The notes: generated from the letters alone by a model not told the origin. A DNA stretch of 64,000 bases from an uncultured delta proteobacterium (GCA_963806225.1 CAWDXG010000001.1:1472001-1536000), one strand, 5' to 3'; shown: positions 9,421-19,296, numbered from the stretch's first letter. Numbers and translations: made by a program.

Positions 9421-11304
9421 GCGACCGACCCGACGGCCGCCAGGGGCGTCTGGCGCTCGCGCTGCTTGCACTGATGACGGCGCTGTTCGTCGGCTACATC
9501 TGGCAGTTCGTCCCGCACCTGACCAACAACTTCTTCGGAGACGTTGAATTCACCGGTTGGAGCGGTCCGATCGGGGCGCGCATTGCGGCCGGGGAGCGAC
9601 CCTATGTCGACTTCGTGCTCCCGATTCCGCCCGGCAGCTTCGTTCTGCTCGCGGCCGCGGCGCGCGTGGCCGGTCGCTCGCTGCTCCTGCACGAGCTTGG
9701 CTCGAACGCGCTGATCCACCTGTCCATGGGGCTCGTGGCCTATGCGATTGCGGTGCGCCTGACGACGCGTACGAACGCGGTTCTGGTCGCGTTGTGCACG
9801 CTGGTTACCGTCGTCGGTTTCAACAAGGAGTGCGCCTACGATCACACGGCGCAGATCGTTGCGTGGCTCGGCGTGACGGTCGGGCTCGGCGCCCTGCTAG
9901 CCCCGCGCGGAGCCAGGCGCGCGCGCTGGTGGGCGGCGGCCGGGCTTCTTTCGTCGTTCACGATCGCGTTCAAACAGAGCACCGGGGTCGGCGCGATCGT
10001 CGGCTGGGGCGCCGCGCTGTCCTATCTCGCCGTGGTGGAGCTGGTTTCGGGTCACCGCGAGCGGGTGCGCCGGCTCGCCGGGGACCTCTTGTGGTGGGGC
10101 GCCGGGGTAGCGGGCGGGCTCGTCCTGGTCGCGTCGATGCTGTGGGCGCTCGGCAGCACGCTGCCCGCGTTCTTCCAGGCGGTCTTCGTCGACGGGCCGC
10201 ACCTCAAGGGCGGCGCACCGCATCTGGTGACCATCCTCGCGTCGTACCTGCTCGCGTCCAGGGCCTATCCGGCCGCCATCGGGTTCGGGCTGCTGCTGGT
10301 GTTCGCCGGTAGCCGCATCCTGCGCGCGCACGGCGGGCTGCACATCGGCGACGAACCGGCGCGGAGGCGCCGCTCGGCGGGCGCGCGGCCCTGGTGATCG
10401 CAGCGGCGATGCTGGTCACGTTCGGCATTGGCCATCGGGCTGCTGCTGTCGACCCGGTGGGACGCCTCGACCCCGCCTGGGTGCACTGGGCGGATCGCTT
10501 CCGGCAGGTGCCCGCCTTCGGGCTCGTGTTCGGCGGTGCGTTCCTGGTCGCGCACCTCAGGCGCGTCCCCGCCGACGACGCGGAGCCCAGCGACGATGCT
10601 CCGCGCGTCGGCCACATCATCAACGCGCTGGTCATCGTCGACGCTCGCCGTCTCGCTCCTGCACAACACGTCCGCGCCCGAGTTCCGCGCGTTCTACGAC
10701 AACAACCCGATTATTCCCGTGGCGTTCCTGTTCCTGTTCGTGGGGCTCGATCGCGCGGGGCTCGCGCCCGTCAAGGGGCTGGTGGTGGTGCTGGCGCTGT
10801 GCTCGCTGTTCGGCAACAAGCTGGGACGGGCGCTGGATGCGCGCACGCCGGTGGGCGACCGTGGCTTCTGGGCCGGCATGCAGGTGAGCCCGCGCGGCGC
10901 CGTGGCTCTGCGCGCCGTCCGGCGCATCCGGCAGCTGGCGGGCCCCGACGAGACGGTGCTGGTGCTGCCGGAAGACGTGGATTTCGCCGCGGAGATGGGA
11001 CGTGCCGCGCCCGAAGCTGCGCGGCGCGATTGTGTTCGTGGACCAGTACCCGGAGCGGCTTGCAGCGCGGGACATCCGCTGGCTCCGGGCGCACCCGCCC
11101 AAGGTAATCGTTATCCACCCGAACCACCCGACCCAGTGGGCGCAGCTGTTCCGCATCTGGTCGGGCGACAGCGGGGCCGAGCACGTTCTGCGCTTCGTGC
11201 TGCGGGACCTGCTGCCGCGCGATTACCGCCGCGACAGCACCTATCCCACGCAGTTCCTCTGGCACCGCGCGACCCTCGAGGTGTGGGTGCGAAAGTCGAA
11301 GTAG
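9417..11304 (+). CDS. GT-C-like polytopic membrane protein, paralog 2 (about 5 frameshifts between 10360 and 11005)
   Basis: Collinear with the upstream paralog (LTNNFFGDVEFTGWSGPI...GERPYVDFVLPIPPG, ECAYD, FKQ, VLVLPED, LRGAIVFVDQYPERLAA). Pieces lie in ORFs 9417, 10394, 10428 and 11002. Confidence 0.6.
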
Positions 11305-11325
11305 ACGGGCTGTGCACGCGGAGCC

Positions 11326-13566
11326 ATGCTCCCGGCGATGAGCGCGGAGCCCCGTCTCGAGCAGGCGCTGGTCGGCAGCGCGGTGCTGGCTGCGCTCTCT
11401 CGCGATGAACGGCGGCTACTGTTCGACTCGCTCGAGTCGATCGAGGTCGCGCCGGGCGAGGTGGTGGTGCGCGAAGGCGATCACGACCGCGCCATGTACT
11501 TCGTCGTGTCCGGGACAGGGCGCATGTTGCGCGGCGGGCTCGATCTCGGGACGATCGGTCCCGGTGAGCACTTCGGCGAGCTCGCCCTGGTGTCCGAGCG
11601 CGAGCGCGCAGCGTCCATCGTTGCCGTCACGCAGCTCGAGCTGGCGCGCCTGGCGTTGCCCGTCTACGGCCGGCTGTGCGACGAGCACCCGGCGTTCGCC
11701 TTGCACCTGCTCACCGCGGTGCTCGGCGGGGTCGCGGCGCGTCTGGTCGAGATGACCGAGAGCGTTGGCGCGCTGCTCCGCGAGCGCTCGCTGCCGCGCC
11801 GCACCCAGGTCGAGGTACGCCTGGGCGACGAAGTCCTTCGCGTCCGCACCGGAACGCGCGCGCTCGAGCTCCTGCCGTCCACGGTGGAAGGACGCCCGGT
11901 CGTCGCGGCGTTGGTGGATCGCAAGGCGGTTTCGCTGGCGGCGCCCATCTCTTCCGATTGCGAGCTGTCGATGCTGACGACCGCGCACTGGGAGGGGCAG
12001 CGCATCTACCGTCACAGTCTGGGTCTGCTGCTCCTGGAAGCGGGGCACGATCTCCATCCCGGGCTCTCGCTCCGGCTGGGTCATTCCGTCGGTTTCGCGC
12101 AGCACGTGTTCGTCGACGGCGACGCGGCTCCGCCGCGTGACGGACTTGCCCGCGCGGTCGAGGCACGCATGCACGCGCTGGCCTCCGCCGAGCAGCCGCT
12201 GCTGGAGGAGTGGTGGACGGTGGACGAAGCGCGCGATCACTTCACGGCGGCGGGCTGGTCCGACGCGGCGGCGCTGCTCGGTACGTGGCGCGATCCGGCG
12301 GTTCCGCTCGTATCCTACGGCAGAGTCTACGCGCTGAACATGGGACCGCTGCTCTCGAGCACGGGGCGTCTGGAAGCGTTCCGCGTGCTGCCGGACCACG
12401 ACGGGCTGCTGCTCATGTACGGGCCGAAAGCGGGCTCCCGGCCTCCACCTCCGCTCAGCGTGCCGCCGGCCGACGACGCGGCGGAGCTGATCTCGGCGGC
12501 GATGGCGGATGCAGCCAGCGAGGACGCGCCGCCTCCTTCTTCCAGCCGCATCGTGTCCGAGGCGCGCGCCGTGTCGCACCAGACGACCGGCATGACGCTT
12601 GATCAGGCACGCTGGCTCGCCACGCTCGACGTGACCAGCGTCGGGGCCTTCAACAGCGCCTGCATCGGTCAGGACGTGTCGCAGCTGATTCGCGTGAGCG
12701 AGGGCTTCCAGGAGAAGCGCATCAGCCGCATCGCCGACGAGATCCGCGATCGCGGCCGCGACATCAAGGTCGTGACCATCGCCGGGCCGTCGTCATCCGG
12801 GAAGACAACCTTCATCAAGCGGCTGAAGGTGCAGCTCCAGGTCAACGGGATCAATCCCGTGGGGCTGTCGCTCGACGACTACTACGTCGATCGCGAGCTG
12901 AATCCGCGCGACGAAAACGGCGAGTACGACTTCGAGGCGTTCGAAGCGCTGCGAGCGGATCTGCTCCAGGAGCACCTCGGGGCGTTGCTCGCCGGGCGCG
13001 CGGTCCGTACCGCTCACTACGACTTCCCGTCCGGCCACAGCGCTTCCGACGGCGGTCCGGAAATTGGACTCGGTCCGAACGACCTCTTGATGCTCGAGGG
13101 GATCCATGGGCTCAATCCGCGGCTGCTTGCCAGCATCCCGTCTGCGCGCGTGTTCCGCGTGTTCATCTGCCCGCTGATGCAGTTGCCCTTCGATCGGCTC
13201 ACGCGTCTGCACTCTTCCGACGTGCGGCTGCTCCGCCGCATCGTGCGTGATCGCCACGCGCGCGGCACCAACGCAGCCGACAACATCCTGCGCTGGCCGT
13301 CGGTGCGGGCAGGGGAGCGCCGGCACATTTTCCCCTTCCAGCACCACGCCCACGCGGTCTTCGATTCCTCGCTGCTCTACGAGCTGAGCGTGCTCAAGGT
13401 CTACGCCGAGCGCTACCTGCTGGAAGTTCCGGACGACGGCCCCGCCTACACCACCGCCTTCCGCCTGCTACAGCTCGTGGATCGCTTCGTCACCATCTAC
13501 CCCGACCACGTGCCGCCCACCTCGCTCCTGCGCGAGTTCATCGGCGGCAGCGGCTTCGAGTACTGA
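11326..13566 (+). CDS. cNMP-binding domain + TGS/ThrRS-N-like region + uridine kinase/PRK-family nucleoside kinase
   Basis: cNMP cassette GEVVVREGD...GEHFGELALVSERERAASIVA. P-loop IAGPSSSGKTT, SLDDYY, LEGIHGLNP, RLLRRIVRD and the C-terminus LLREFIGGS typical of long uridine kinases. Start may be ATG 11338. Confidence 0.85.
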   Translation: MLPAMSAEPRLEQALVGSAVLAALSRDERRLLFDSLESIEVAPGEVVVREGDHDRAMYFVVSGTGRMLRGGLDLGTIGPGEHFGELALVSERERAASIVAVTQLELARLALPVYGRLCDEHPAFALHLLTAVLGGVAARLVEMTESVGALLRERSLPRRTQVEVRLGDEVLRVRTGTRALELLPSTVEGRPVVAALVDRKAVSLAAPISSDCELSMLTTAHWEGQRIYRHSLGLLLLEAGHDLHPGLSLRLGHSVGFAQHVFVDGDAAPPRDGLARAVEARMHALASAEQPLLEEWWTVDEARDHFTAAGWSDAAALLGTWRDPAVPLVSYGRVYALNMGPLLSSTGRLEAFRVLPDHDGLLLMYGPKAGSRPPPPLSVPPADDAAELISAAMADAASEDAPPPSSSRIVSEARAVSHQTTGMTLDQARWLATLDVTSVGAFNSACIGQDVSQLIRVSEGFQEKRISRIADEIRDRGRDIKVVTIAGPSSSGKTTFIKRLKVQLQVNGINPVGLSLDDYYVDRELNPRDENGEYDFEAFEALRADLLQEHLGALLAGRAVRTAHYDFPSGHSASDGGPEIGLGPNDLLMLEGIHGLNPRLLASIPSARVFRVFICPLMQLPFDRLTRLHSSDVRLLRRIVRDRHARGTNAADNILRWPSVRAGERRHIFPFQHHAHAVFDSSLLYELSVLKVYAERYLLEVPDDGPAYTTAFRLLQLVDRFVTIYPDHVPPTSLLREFIGGSGFEY

Positions 13567-13570
13567 GCGG

Positions 13571-15988
13571 CTATCCCGTCTCTGCTTCCGCGGGCGATGC
13601 CTCGCTCGTGCTCTCTTCTGCGTCCCGCGCGCGTTTCGCACCTCGCTGCATCCCGGCGACGGCGACCAGCAGGAGCACGTAGCAGCCCGCTGCGACGAAC
13701 ATCAGCTGGGTCAAGCCGTAGACGAGTGCGATGAGGATCGCCGCGCTGCTGGCGAGCACACTGCCCATGCCGTTGATGCCCCAGAGCCAGGGCGTCTCCT
13801 CGCCGTGGGCCTGTCGCGCCATGCGCAGCCCAGCGGGAAACGCGAGGCCCAGCGGCAGACCCACTACTGCCGTGATGGCTACGGCAAACCCGATGCGCGT
13901 TCCGAGCGGGGCAGCCTCCATCCCCGGCGCGACCCGCGGCCAGATCGTGGCCACCGCCGCGACCGCCAGTGCCAGCAGCAGCGGGTAGACGTAGCACCAC
14001 GGTGCGCGTGACAGCGGCAGGCGGTCGCTCACGAGCGAGCCCAGCCCGGCGAAGCCGACCAGGCTCGCCAACACTACGATCAGGCTGTATTCCGGCTCGC
14101 CCAGCACCACGCTCAGCCGCTGCAGGAGCGCTATCTCCGCGAGCATGAAGCCGACGCCGATGGTCCCGAAGTAGAGCAGCGCCGCCCACAGTCCGCGTCC
14201 GGTGTGCCCGGTGGGTTTCGCGCGTCGCGAGAGCGGAAAGTAGATGGCGCCGAACACCAGGACCAGCGACGCGAAGAACGCCAGGCCCAGCGCGCGCGTG
14301 GCCAGAAGGTTGCCCTCGATGGTGCCGCGCGTGACGCTGGGCAGGGGGTGCCAGAGCGCGGGCAGCCGGATGACGTTGAAGAAGAACGGCCGATCGTCGG
14401 TCGGCGGACGGAAATCCAGAAGCGGCTCCAGCGCGATCCGGTCGAGCTCGGCGCGGCTGTGCGCCCACAGCATCTGGTCGAGCCGCCGCGCGCGCGGATG
14501 GTGATGCGGCGAGGCGACCACGGCGAAGCCCATGTTCTTCGCGACCTGGTCCAGCGTGCGCTCGTCCTGCACGGTCAGGGGGTCGCGGCCGACCAGCAGC
14601 GTGGTCACCGGTCCCGAGTTGATGAGCGCGATGTGGGTGCCCGGCTGCTTCACGCCGCGGTCGAGCAGCGCCGCGGCAGCCAGCGACGCCAGGCGACCCG
14701 TTTCCACGGTGGCCCAGCGCGACACAGTGAAGATACCGCCCGGCGACAGGTGGTCCAGAAACACCCGCCAGGCGTCGACGGTGTAGAGCCCATTTTCGCC
14801 GAGCGCGTGTGCGCCCGCGCCCGTCGCTGCCCAGGTATCGATGAGCGACGCCTGGATCACCTGGAAGTGCCGGGGCGTCCGCGCCAGCCAGCTGCGCGCC
14901 TCGTCGTGGACCAGCTTCACATCCGGGCGCTCGGCGACCCCGGTCGGCGCGCCGAGCGGGCCGCGCAGGATCTGCAGCAGACGATCGTTGAACTCGATGC
15001 CCACCACCGGCGAGTGACCGAACTTCAGCGCGGCCTGGATATCCCGCGAGCCGCCGACGCCGATGATGGCCGCCGGCCCGTGTGGGCGGATGGAGTGGAC
15101 GATGTTCGTCACGTCGCAGCCCAGGAAGTTCAGCTTCCCGAGCGGCTCCAGGTACAGCGGGGTGGCGGCGTGCCCGTCGATCACGATGTTGCGCTGCAGG
15201 ACCAGCGGATCGCCGCACTTCGGTCCGCGTCCCCAGAAGAGGGCCGGAGCGAGCACCTCCTTCATCACCTGCACGCGTGAGTGGCTGTTCCACAGCTCGA
15301 CATCCACGAGGTCGCGGTTCTCGGGCATGCCCTTCGCCCAGAGCGGCACCAGACCGCGGTGGCCGAGCGAGTTGAGCAGGCACAGTGCCAGCATGCCGCC
15401 GGCCAGCACTCCGCCCCGCCGGATGTCGCGCCGCGTGCCGCCCGCCCAGGAGAAGCACGCCGACGCCAGTGCTCCCACGACGGCCATCGACAGGATGGCC
15501 GTGCCGCCGCCCGCCCGGATCAGGAGTGGAACCAGCGGCGCGCCGACGGCCGCACCCAGCAGATCCACGGCGTACACGCGGCCGACCGGAAACGGCGTGC
15601 GCGTCACGGCCGCCGCCACGATGCGCCCGGCGGGATAGAACGGCAGGGCGATCGCACCCGAAAAAGCGATGAACAACACTACCGTGGTGGCCACGGCCTC
15701 CGTGCGCAGCGGCACGATGAGCAGCAGCACGTAGCTCACTGGCACCGCCCAGGCGAGCCAGCGCGCGTCGCGCGTGAGCGAGGCAGCGAGCCTGCTACCG
15801 GTGTACTCGTCGCTCTTCAGGTACACATGCACGGCGCCGGCAGTCAGGCCGAACAGGCCCATGGCAATCACGAGGAACGCGAGCGAGTACCACGTGAGCA
15901 CCGAGAGCAGACGCGTGTCGAGCACCTCGAGCGCGAGGGTCGAGCCGGTAACGAGAAACAGCCCGAGCAGGAACGGCCCCTGCCTCAT
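13571..15988 (-). CDS. Second membrane-embedded spermidine-synthase-like (SAM-dependent) protein
   Basis: TM block, then AIIGVGGSRDI, VGIEFN, HDEARSW, ENGLYT and PTDDRPFFF, then a TM block with GLPLGLAFPAGL and WLWGING. ATG at 15988 (MRQGPFLL). Confidence 0.8.
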   Translation of the reverse strand: MRQGPFLLGLFLVTGSTLALEVLDTRLLSVLTWYSLAFLVIAMGLFGLTAGAVHVYLKSDEYTGSRLAASLTRDARWLAWAVPVSYVLLLIVPLRTEAVATTVVLFIAFSGAIALPFYPAGRIVAAAVTRTPFPVGRVYAVDLLGAAVGAPLVPLLIRAGGGTAILSMAVVGALASACFSWAGGTRRDIRRGGVLAGGMLALCLLNSLGHRGLVPLWAKGMPENRDLVDVELWNSHSRVQVMKEVLAPALFWGRGPKCGDPLVLQRNIVIDGHAATPLYLEPLGKLNFLGCDVTNIVHSIRPHGPAAIIGVGGSRDIQAALKFGHSPVVGIEFNDRLLQILRGPLGAPTGVAERPDVKLVHDEARSWLARTPRHFQVIQASLIDTWAATGAGAHALGENGLYTVDAWRVFLDHLSPGGIFTVSRWATVETGRLASLAAAALLDRGVKQPGTHIALINSGPVTTLLVGRDPLTVQDERTLDQVAKNMGFAVVASPHHHPRARRLDQMLWAHSRAELDRIALEPLLDFRPPTDDRPFFFNVIRLPALWHPLPSVTRGTIEGNLLATRALGLAFFASLVLVFGAIYFPLSRRAKPTGHTGRGLWAALLYFGTIGVGFMLAEIALLQRLSVVLGEPEYSLIVVLASLVGFAGLGSLVSDRLPLSRAPWCYVYPLLLALAVAAVATIWPRVAPGMEAAPLGTRIGFAVAITAVVGLPLGLAFPAGLRMARQAHGEETPWLWGINGMGSVLASSAAILIALVYGLTQLMFVAAGCYVLLLVAVAGMQRGAKRARDAEESTSEASPAEAETG

Positions 15989-16051
15989 GGGCGCGTCTTC
16001 AGGGGAGGACAAGGGGTACAGCTCAGGGCCCCCGGGAAACCTGGACGCTGC

Positions 16052-16390
16052 TCATCCAGGCTTCTTGTCGCCGTCCGGGGCCGTGGGAGGGGGCGGGTGC
16101 GAATGCGAGCTCGAGGACGTGCGGCTGCGGTACGAGAGGTTGGACGCTTCCTGGTAGAGCTCCTTGGCTCCGGGCGTTTTCGGATTCCGCCGCATCAGTT
16201 GGATCAGGCGCTGCTGCGCAGGCCCGGGTTGGAGCGAGCCTTCGAACAACGCGAGCTTGATGCGCAGCACGGCGAACGCTTCGTGGTCTCCGCCGACCTG
16301 GCCGAGCGCGTCCCGCGCGCCATCGAGATCGCCCGCTTCGAGCAGCTGATCGATGAACTCGTACTCCTCCGGCACGTCGGCAGCGCCCAT
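16052..16390 (-). CDS. Hypothetical protein (helical, TPR-like)
   Basis: 112 aa ORF with coding-like composition between defined genes. Confidence 0.6.
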   Translation of the reverse strand: MGAADVPEEYEFIDQLLEAGDLDGARDALGQVGGDHEAFAVLRIKLALFEGSLQPGPAQQRLIQLMRRNPKTPGAKELYQEASNLSYRSRTSSSSHSHPPPPTAPDGDKKPG

Positions 16391-16611
16391 GGGTCGAGGT
16401 TACCAGGAGATGGCCGCCCACGGCGCCCGGAAACCGCCCTCCCCGGCCCGCCGGCTCGCATGATAACCGCTGGATATGCCGCGGCTTGCCGCGGTAGATT
16501 GAAACCGGGCGCTAGTTGGGCTCCCCCGTGGTAGCAGTTCCGCGCGCGTGATACGGTGCCGGGCCGTTCGGGCGGGTCGTCGCTTCGAGCCAGTCGTTTT
16601 TTCTACGGAAC

Positions 16612-17469
16612 ATGTCGAAGGAGCACAAGGGCAGGAGAGGCGGGTCCAGCGATGCGCCGCCGCCGGACCTGAAGAAGGAACGGGATCAGTTCCTGCAGAA
16701 CTTCTCCAAGGGGGCCAGGTTGACGGAGGAGTTCATCCAGGAGCACGAGCGCGTCCAGGGCCGTCTGCAGGATCTCGAGAAAGAGAACGCCCAGCTCCGC
16801 GCCAAGGTCGAGGCGGACGACGCCGTTCGCGAGCTGCTCGGCAAGATCGCCCAGCTCGAACGCGACAAGAGCGAGCTACTCTCCAGGTTCCACGAGGCGG
16901 AAGCCGTCTCGACCCAGTTCAGCGAGCGTTTCCAGGAGGTCGAGTCCGAGTTCGCGAACATGGCCAACCTGTTCGTAGCCAGCAACCAGCTGCACTCCAC
17001 GCTCTCGCCCCGCGGCGTGACCCGCCGCATCAAGGAAGTGCTGGCGCAGCTGGTAGGGGCCGAGTCCTACGGCGTGTACCTCGGGAATCCCGACTCCAGC
17101 GAGCTGGTGCCCATTGCGTCCGAGGGCGTGGTCGGCGACCGGCTGGTGCCTCTGCGTCTGCCGGACGACAGCCGTGTGGACGAAGTGGTCCGGACGGCGT
17201 CTGCCTGGATGGACGAGGACGGCGACCCGAGTCAGGGCAGTATTGAAAAGCCCCCGGCCGTCATCCCGCTCAGCGTCGACGACAAGGTCGTCGGCGTGAT
17301 TGTCATCTTCTCGACGCTGTCGCAGAAAAAGAAATTCGACACTATCGACTTCGAGCTCTTCAAGCTGCTCGGCCAGCACGCGGCGGCCGCACTCGTCAGC
17401 GCCAGCCTGTTCGTGCAGGCCGGCCGGAAGATCCCCGGGTTGGAAGCGTTCCTCGATCTCAGCGTGTGA
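16612..17469 (+). CDS. Coiled-coil + GAF domain protein
   Basis: Heptad-rich N-half. GAF signature VIPLSVDDKVVGVIVIF...FDTIDFELFKLLGQHAAAAL. Confidence 0.8.
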   Translation: MSKEHKGRRGGSSDAPPPDLKKERDQFLQNFSKGARLTEEFIQEHERVQGRLQDLEKENAQLRAKVEADDAVRELLGKIAQLERDKSELLSRFHEAEAVSTQFSERFQEVESEFANMANLFVASNQLHSTLSPRGVTRRIKEVLAQLVGAESYGVYLGNPDSSELVPIASEGVVGDRLVPLRLPDDSRVDEVVRTASAWMDEDGDPSQGSIEKPPAVIPLSVDDKVVGVIVIFSTLSQKKKFDTIDFELFKLLGQHAAAALVSASLFVQAGRKIPGLEAFLDLSV

Positions 17470-17472
17470 CAC

Positions 17473-17850
17473 ATGGCGGAATACTCCTGTCTTATCGTTG
17501 AAGACTCGCCGATGATGCGGCAGCTTCTCGTCTTCGCTCTGGCCCGCGTGAAGAACCTGCGCGTCACCGAGGCGGACGACGGCGTCGATGGCCTGCGCAA
17601 GCTTGCCTCGGCGCGCTACGACATCATCGTGACCGACATCAATATGCCGATCATGGACGGCCTGAAGCTCGTCAAGCGCGTGCGCAGCGATCCGGTCCAC
17701 AAGGACACGCCTATCGTGATCATCACGACCGAGGGCTCGCAGGAGGATCGGCAGCGCGCTCTGCAGCTCGGCGCCAACGCCTACATCACCAAGCCGATCC
17801 AGGCGCCGCAGGTCATCGCTACCGTCAAGGAGCTGCTCCAGATCGAGTAG
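17473..17850 (+). CDS. Single-domain response regulator (CheY-like)
   Basis: LIVEDS, DIIVTDINMPIMDG, IITTEG, YITKP. Confidence 0.92.
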   Translation: MAEYSCLIVEDSPMMRQLLVFALARVKNLRVTEADDGVDGLRKLASARYDIIVTDINMPIMDGLKLVKRVRSDPVHKDTPIVIITTEGSQEDRQRALQLGANAYITKPIQAPQVIATVKELLQIE

Positions 17851-17873
17851 CGCCAGGGCGGCCGGAGCGCCGC

Positions 17874-18488
17874 ATGTGGGTCAAGATCTGCGGCATCACG
17901 CGCGTCGATGACGCGCTCTCGGTGGTCGGCGCCGGCGCCGACGCCGTCGGGTTGAACTTCGTGCCGTCGTCGCCGAGGTACGTCGAGGACGCATCCGCCG
18001 GCGCGATCGCGGAGGCGGTGCGTGGGCGCGTCCAGCTCGTGGGCGTGGTGGCGGACCTCGGCGCAGCGGCGATGCGCGCGCTCCGCGACCGCTTCGGGCT
18101 CGATCTGCTGCAGCTCCATGGCGACGAGCCGCCCGATCTGCTCGAGGCGGTCCTGCCAGCCGCGTACAAGGCGCTCCGCATCGGCAGCGGCGAGGACGTG
18201 GCCCGCGCCGACGGCTACGGGGGCGAGCGGCTGCTGGCGGATGCACGCGTCGACGGCGCGCTGGGCGGCACCGGAACAAGCTTCGACTGGCGGCTGGTGC
18301 GCGAGCTCGCGCGTCGTCGCCGGCTGATCCTTGCCGGAGGTCTGACGCCCGACAACGTCGCCCGCGCTGTCCAGAGCGTCCGTCCCTGGGGCGTCGACGT
18401 GGCGAGTGGCGTCGAGCGCTCCGCGCGCGAGAAGGATCCGGAAGCCGTGCGGCGCTTCATCGCCGGCGCGCGCGCGGCAGAGCGCTAG
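17874..18488 (+). CDS. trpF: Phosphoribosylanthranilate isomerase
   Basis: VKICGIT, QLHGDE, GGTGTSFDW, LAGGLTPDNV, GVDVASGVE. Confidence 0.96.
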   Translation: MWVKICGITRVDDALSVVGAGADAVGLNFVPSSPRYVEDASAGAIAEAVRGRVQLVGVVADLGAAAMRALRDRFGLDLLQLHGDEPPDLLEAVLPAAYKALRIGSGEDVARADGYGGERLLADARVDGALGGTGTSFDWRLVRELARRRRLILAGGLTPDNVARAVQSVRPWGVDVASGVERSAREKDPEAVRRFIAGARAAER

Positions 18489-18529
18489 CGCCCTGGCCCC
18501 GCCACGGCTGCCCGTGTAGAAAGACGCCC

Positions 18530-19294
18530 GTGTCCCGCTCCACTCCGCTGGCGGTCGTCGCTACTTCGCTCCTGACCGTCTCGTGTCACGGCTCGCTGGT
18601 ACGCGGCGGCACGACGGTCGCGGCGGGCCACGAGCCGGCGGCGCACCCCCTGGCGGCCTACAACGCGGTGGATTGCCACGATGCCAGCGGCGGGCCGGTC
18701 GAGTACGCGTCGCGCGTGTTCGTCGTCGAGAAGAAGGGCAAGCAGCTCGCCGCGGTCGAGACGCGCTCGGGCTTCGACTCGCTCGTCGTCGACAACAGCT
18801 TCGCGGAGGGCGACAGCCGCGTGTTCCAGGCCGTGGTGAAGCCGCGGGACGGCACGGCGCTGCTGCACGAATTCCGGGTGCCCGCGGGTCCCCCGGGTCC
18901 CGGCACGCTGGTCGTCACCTCGAGCTGGAAGGAGACCAGCACCGCCCAGGGCGGGTTCAAGGCGCTGGCCGACAAGCCGTCCATCAGCTGCCGGCTGGCG
19001 CCGCCCGGGTCCAATCCGGAGACGCCCGGAGCGACCCCGGACGCTCGGGCCGGCACGGCGGACGCCGGAGCGGTCGCCGCCGAAGGGGGGGCCCAGCCGC
19101 CCGTTCCTGCCAGCCTCGGCGTTCCGGACGTGCAGGATAGCTACCAGCCCGGCGCTCATGTGGCGGTGGATCGCGACGGCGCGGTGGTCCGGGCGCGGGT
19201 GGTGCAGGCCGTGAATGGCCGCTACTACGTCGAGTACGACGCCGGCGGCAGCGAGTGGATCGACAACAGCCGGATCCGGGGCAAGATCCGCTGA
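18530..19294 (+). CDS. Putative lipoprotein with C-terminal Tudor/Agenet (SH3-like) domain
   Basis: Lipobox-like LLTVSC, Pro/Ala linker, and C-terminal YQPGAHVAV...[29 protein letters not shown]. Confidence 0.6.
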   Translation: MSRSTPLAVVATSLLTVSCHGSLVRGGTTVAAGHEPAAHPLAAYNAVDCHDASGGPVEYASRVFVVEKKGKQLAAVETRSGFDSLVVDNSFAEGDSRVFQAVVKPRDGTALLHEFRVPAGPPGPGTLVVTSSWKETSTAQGGFKALADKPSISCRLAPPGSNPETPGATPDARAGTADAGAVAAEGGAQPPVPASLGVPDVQDSYQPGAHVAVDRDGAVVRARVVQAVNGRYYVEYDAGGSEWIDNSRIRGKIR

Positions 19295-19296
19295 CC

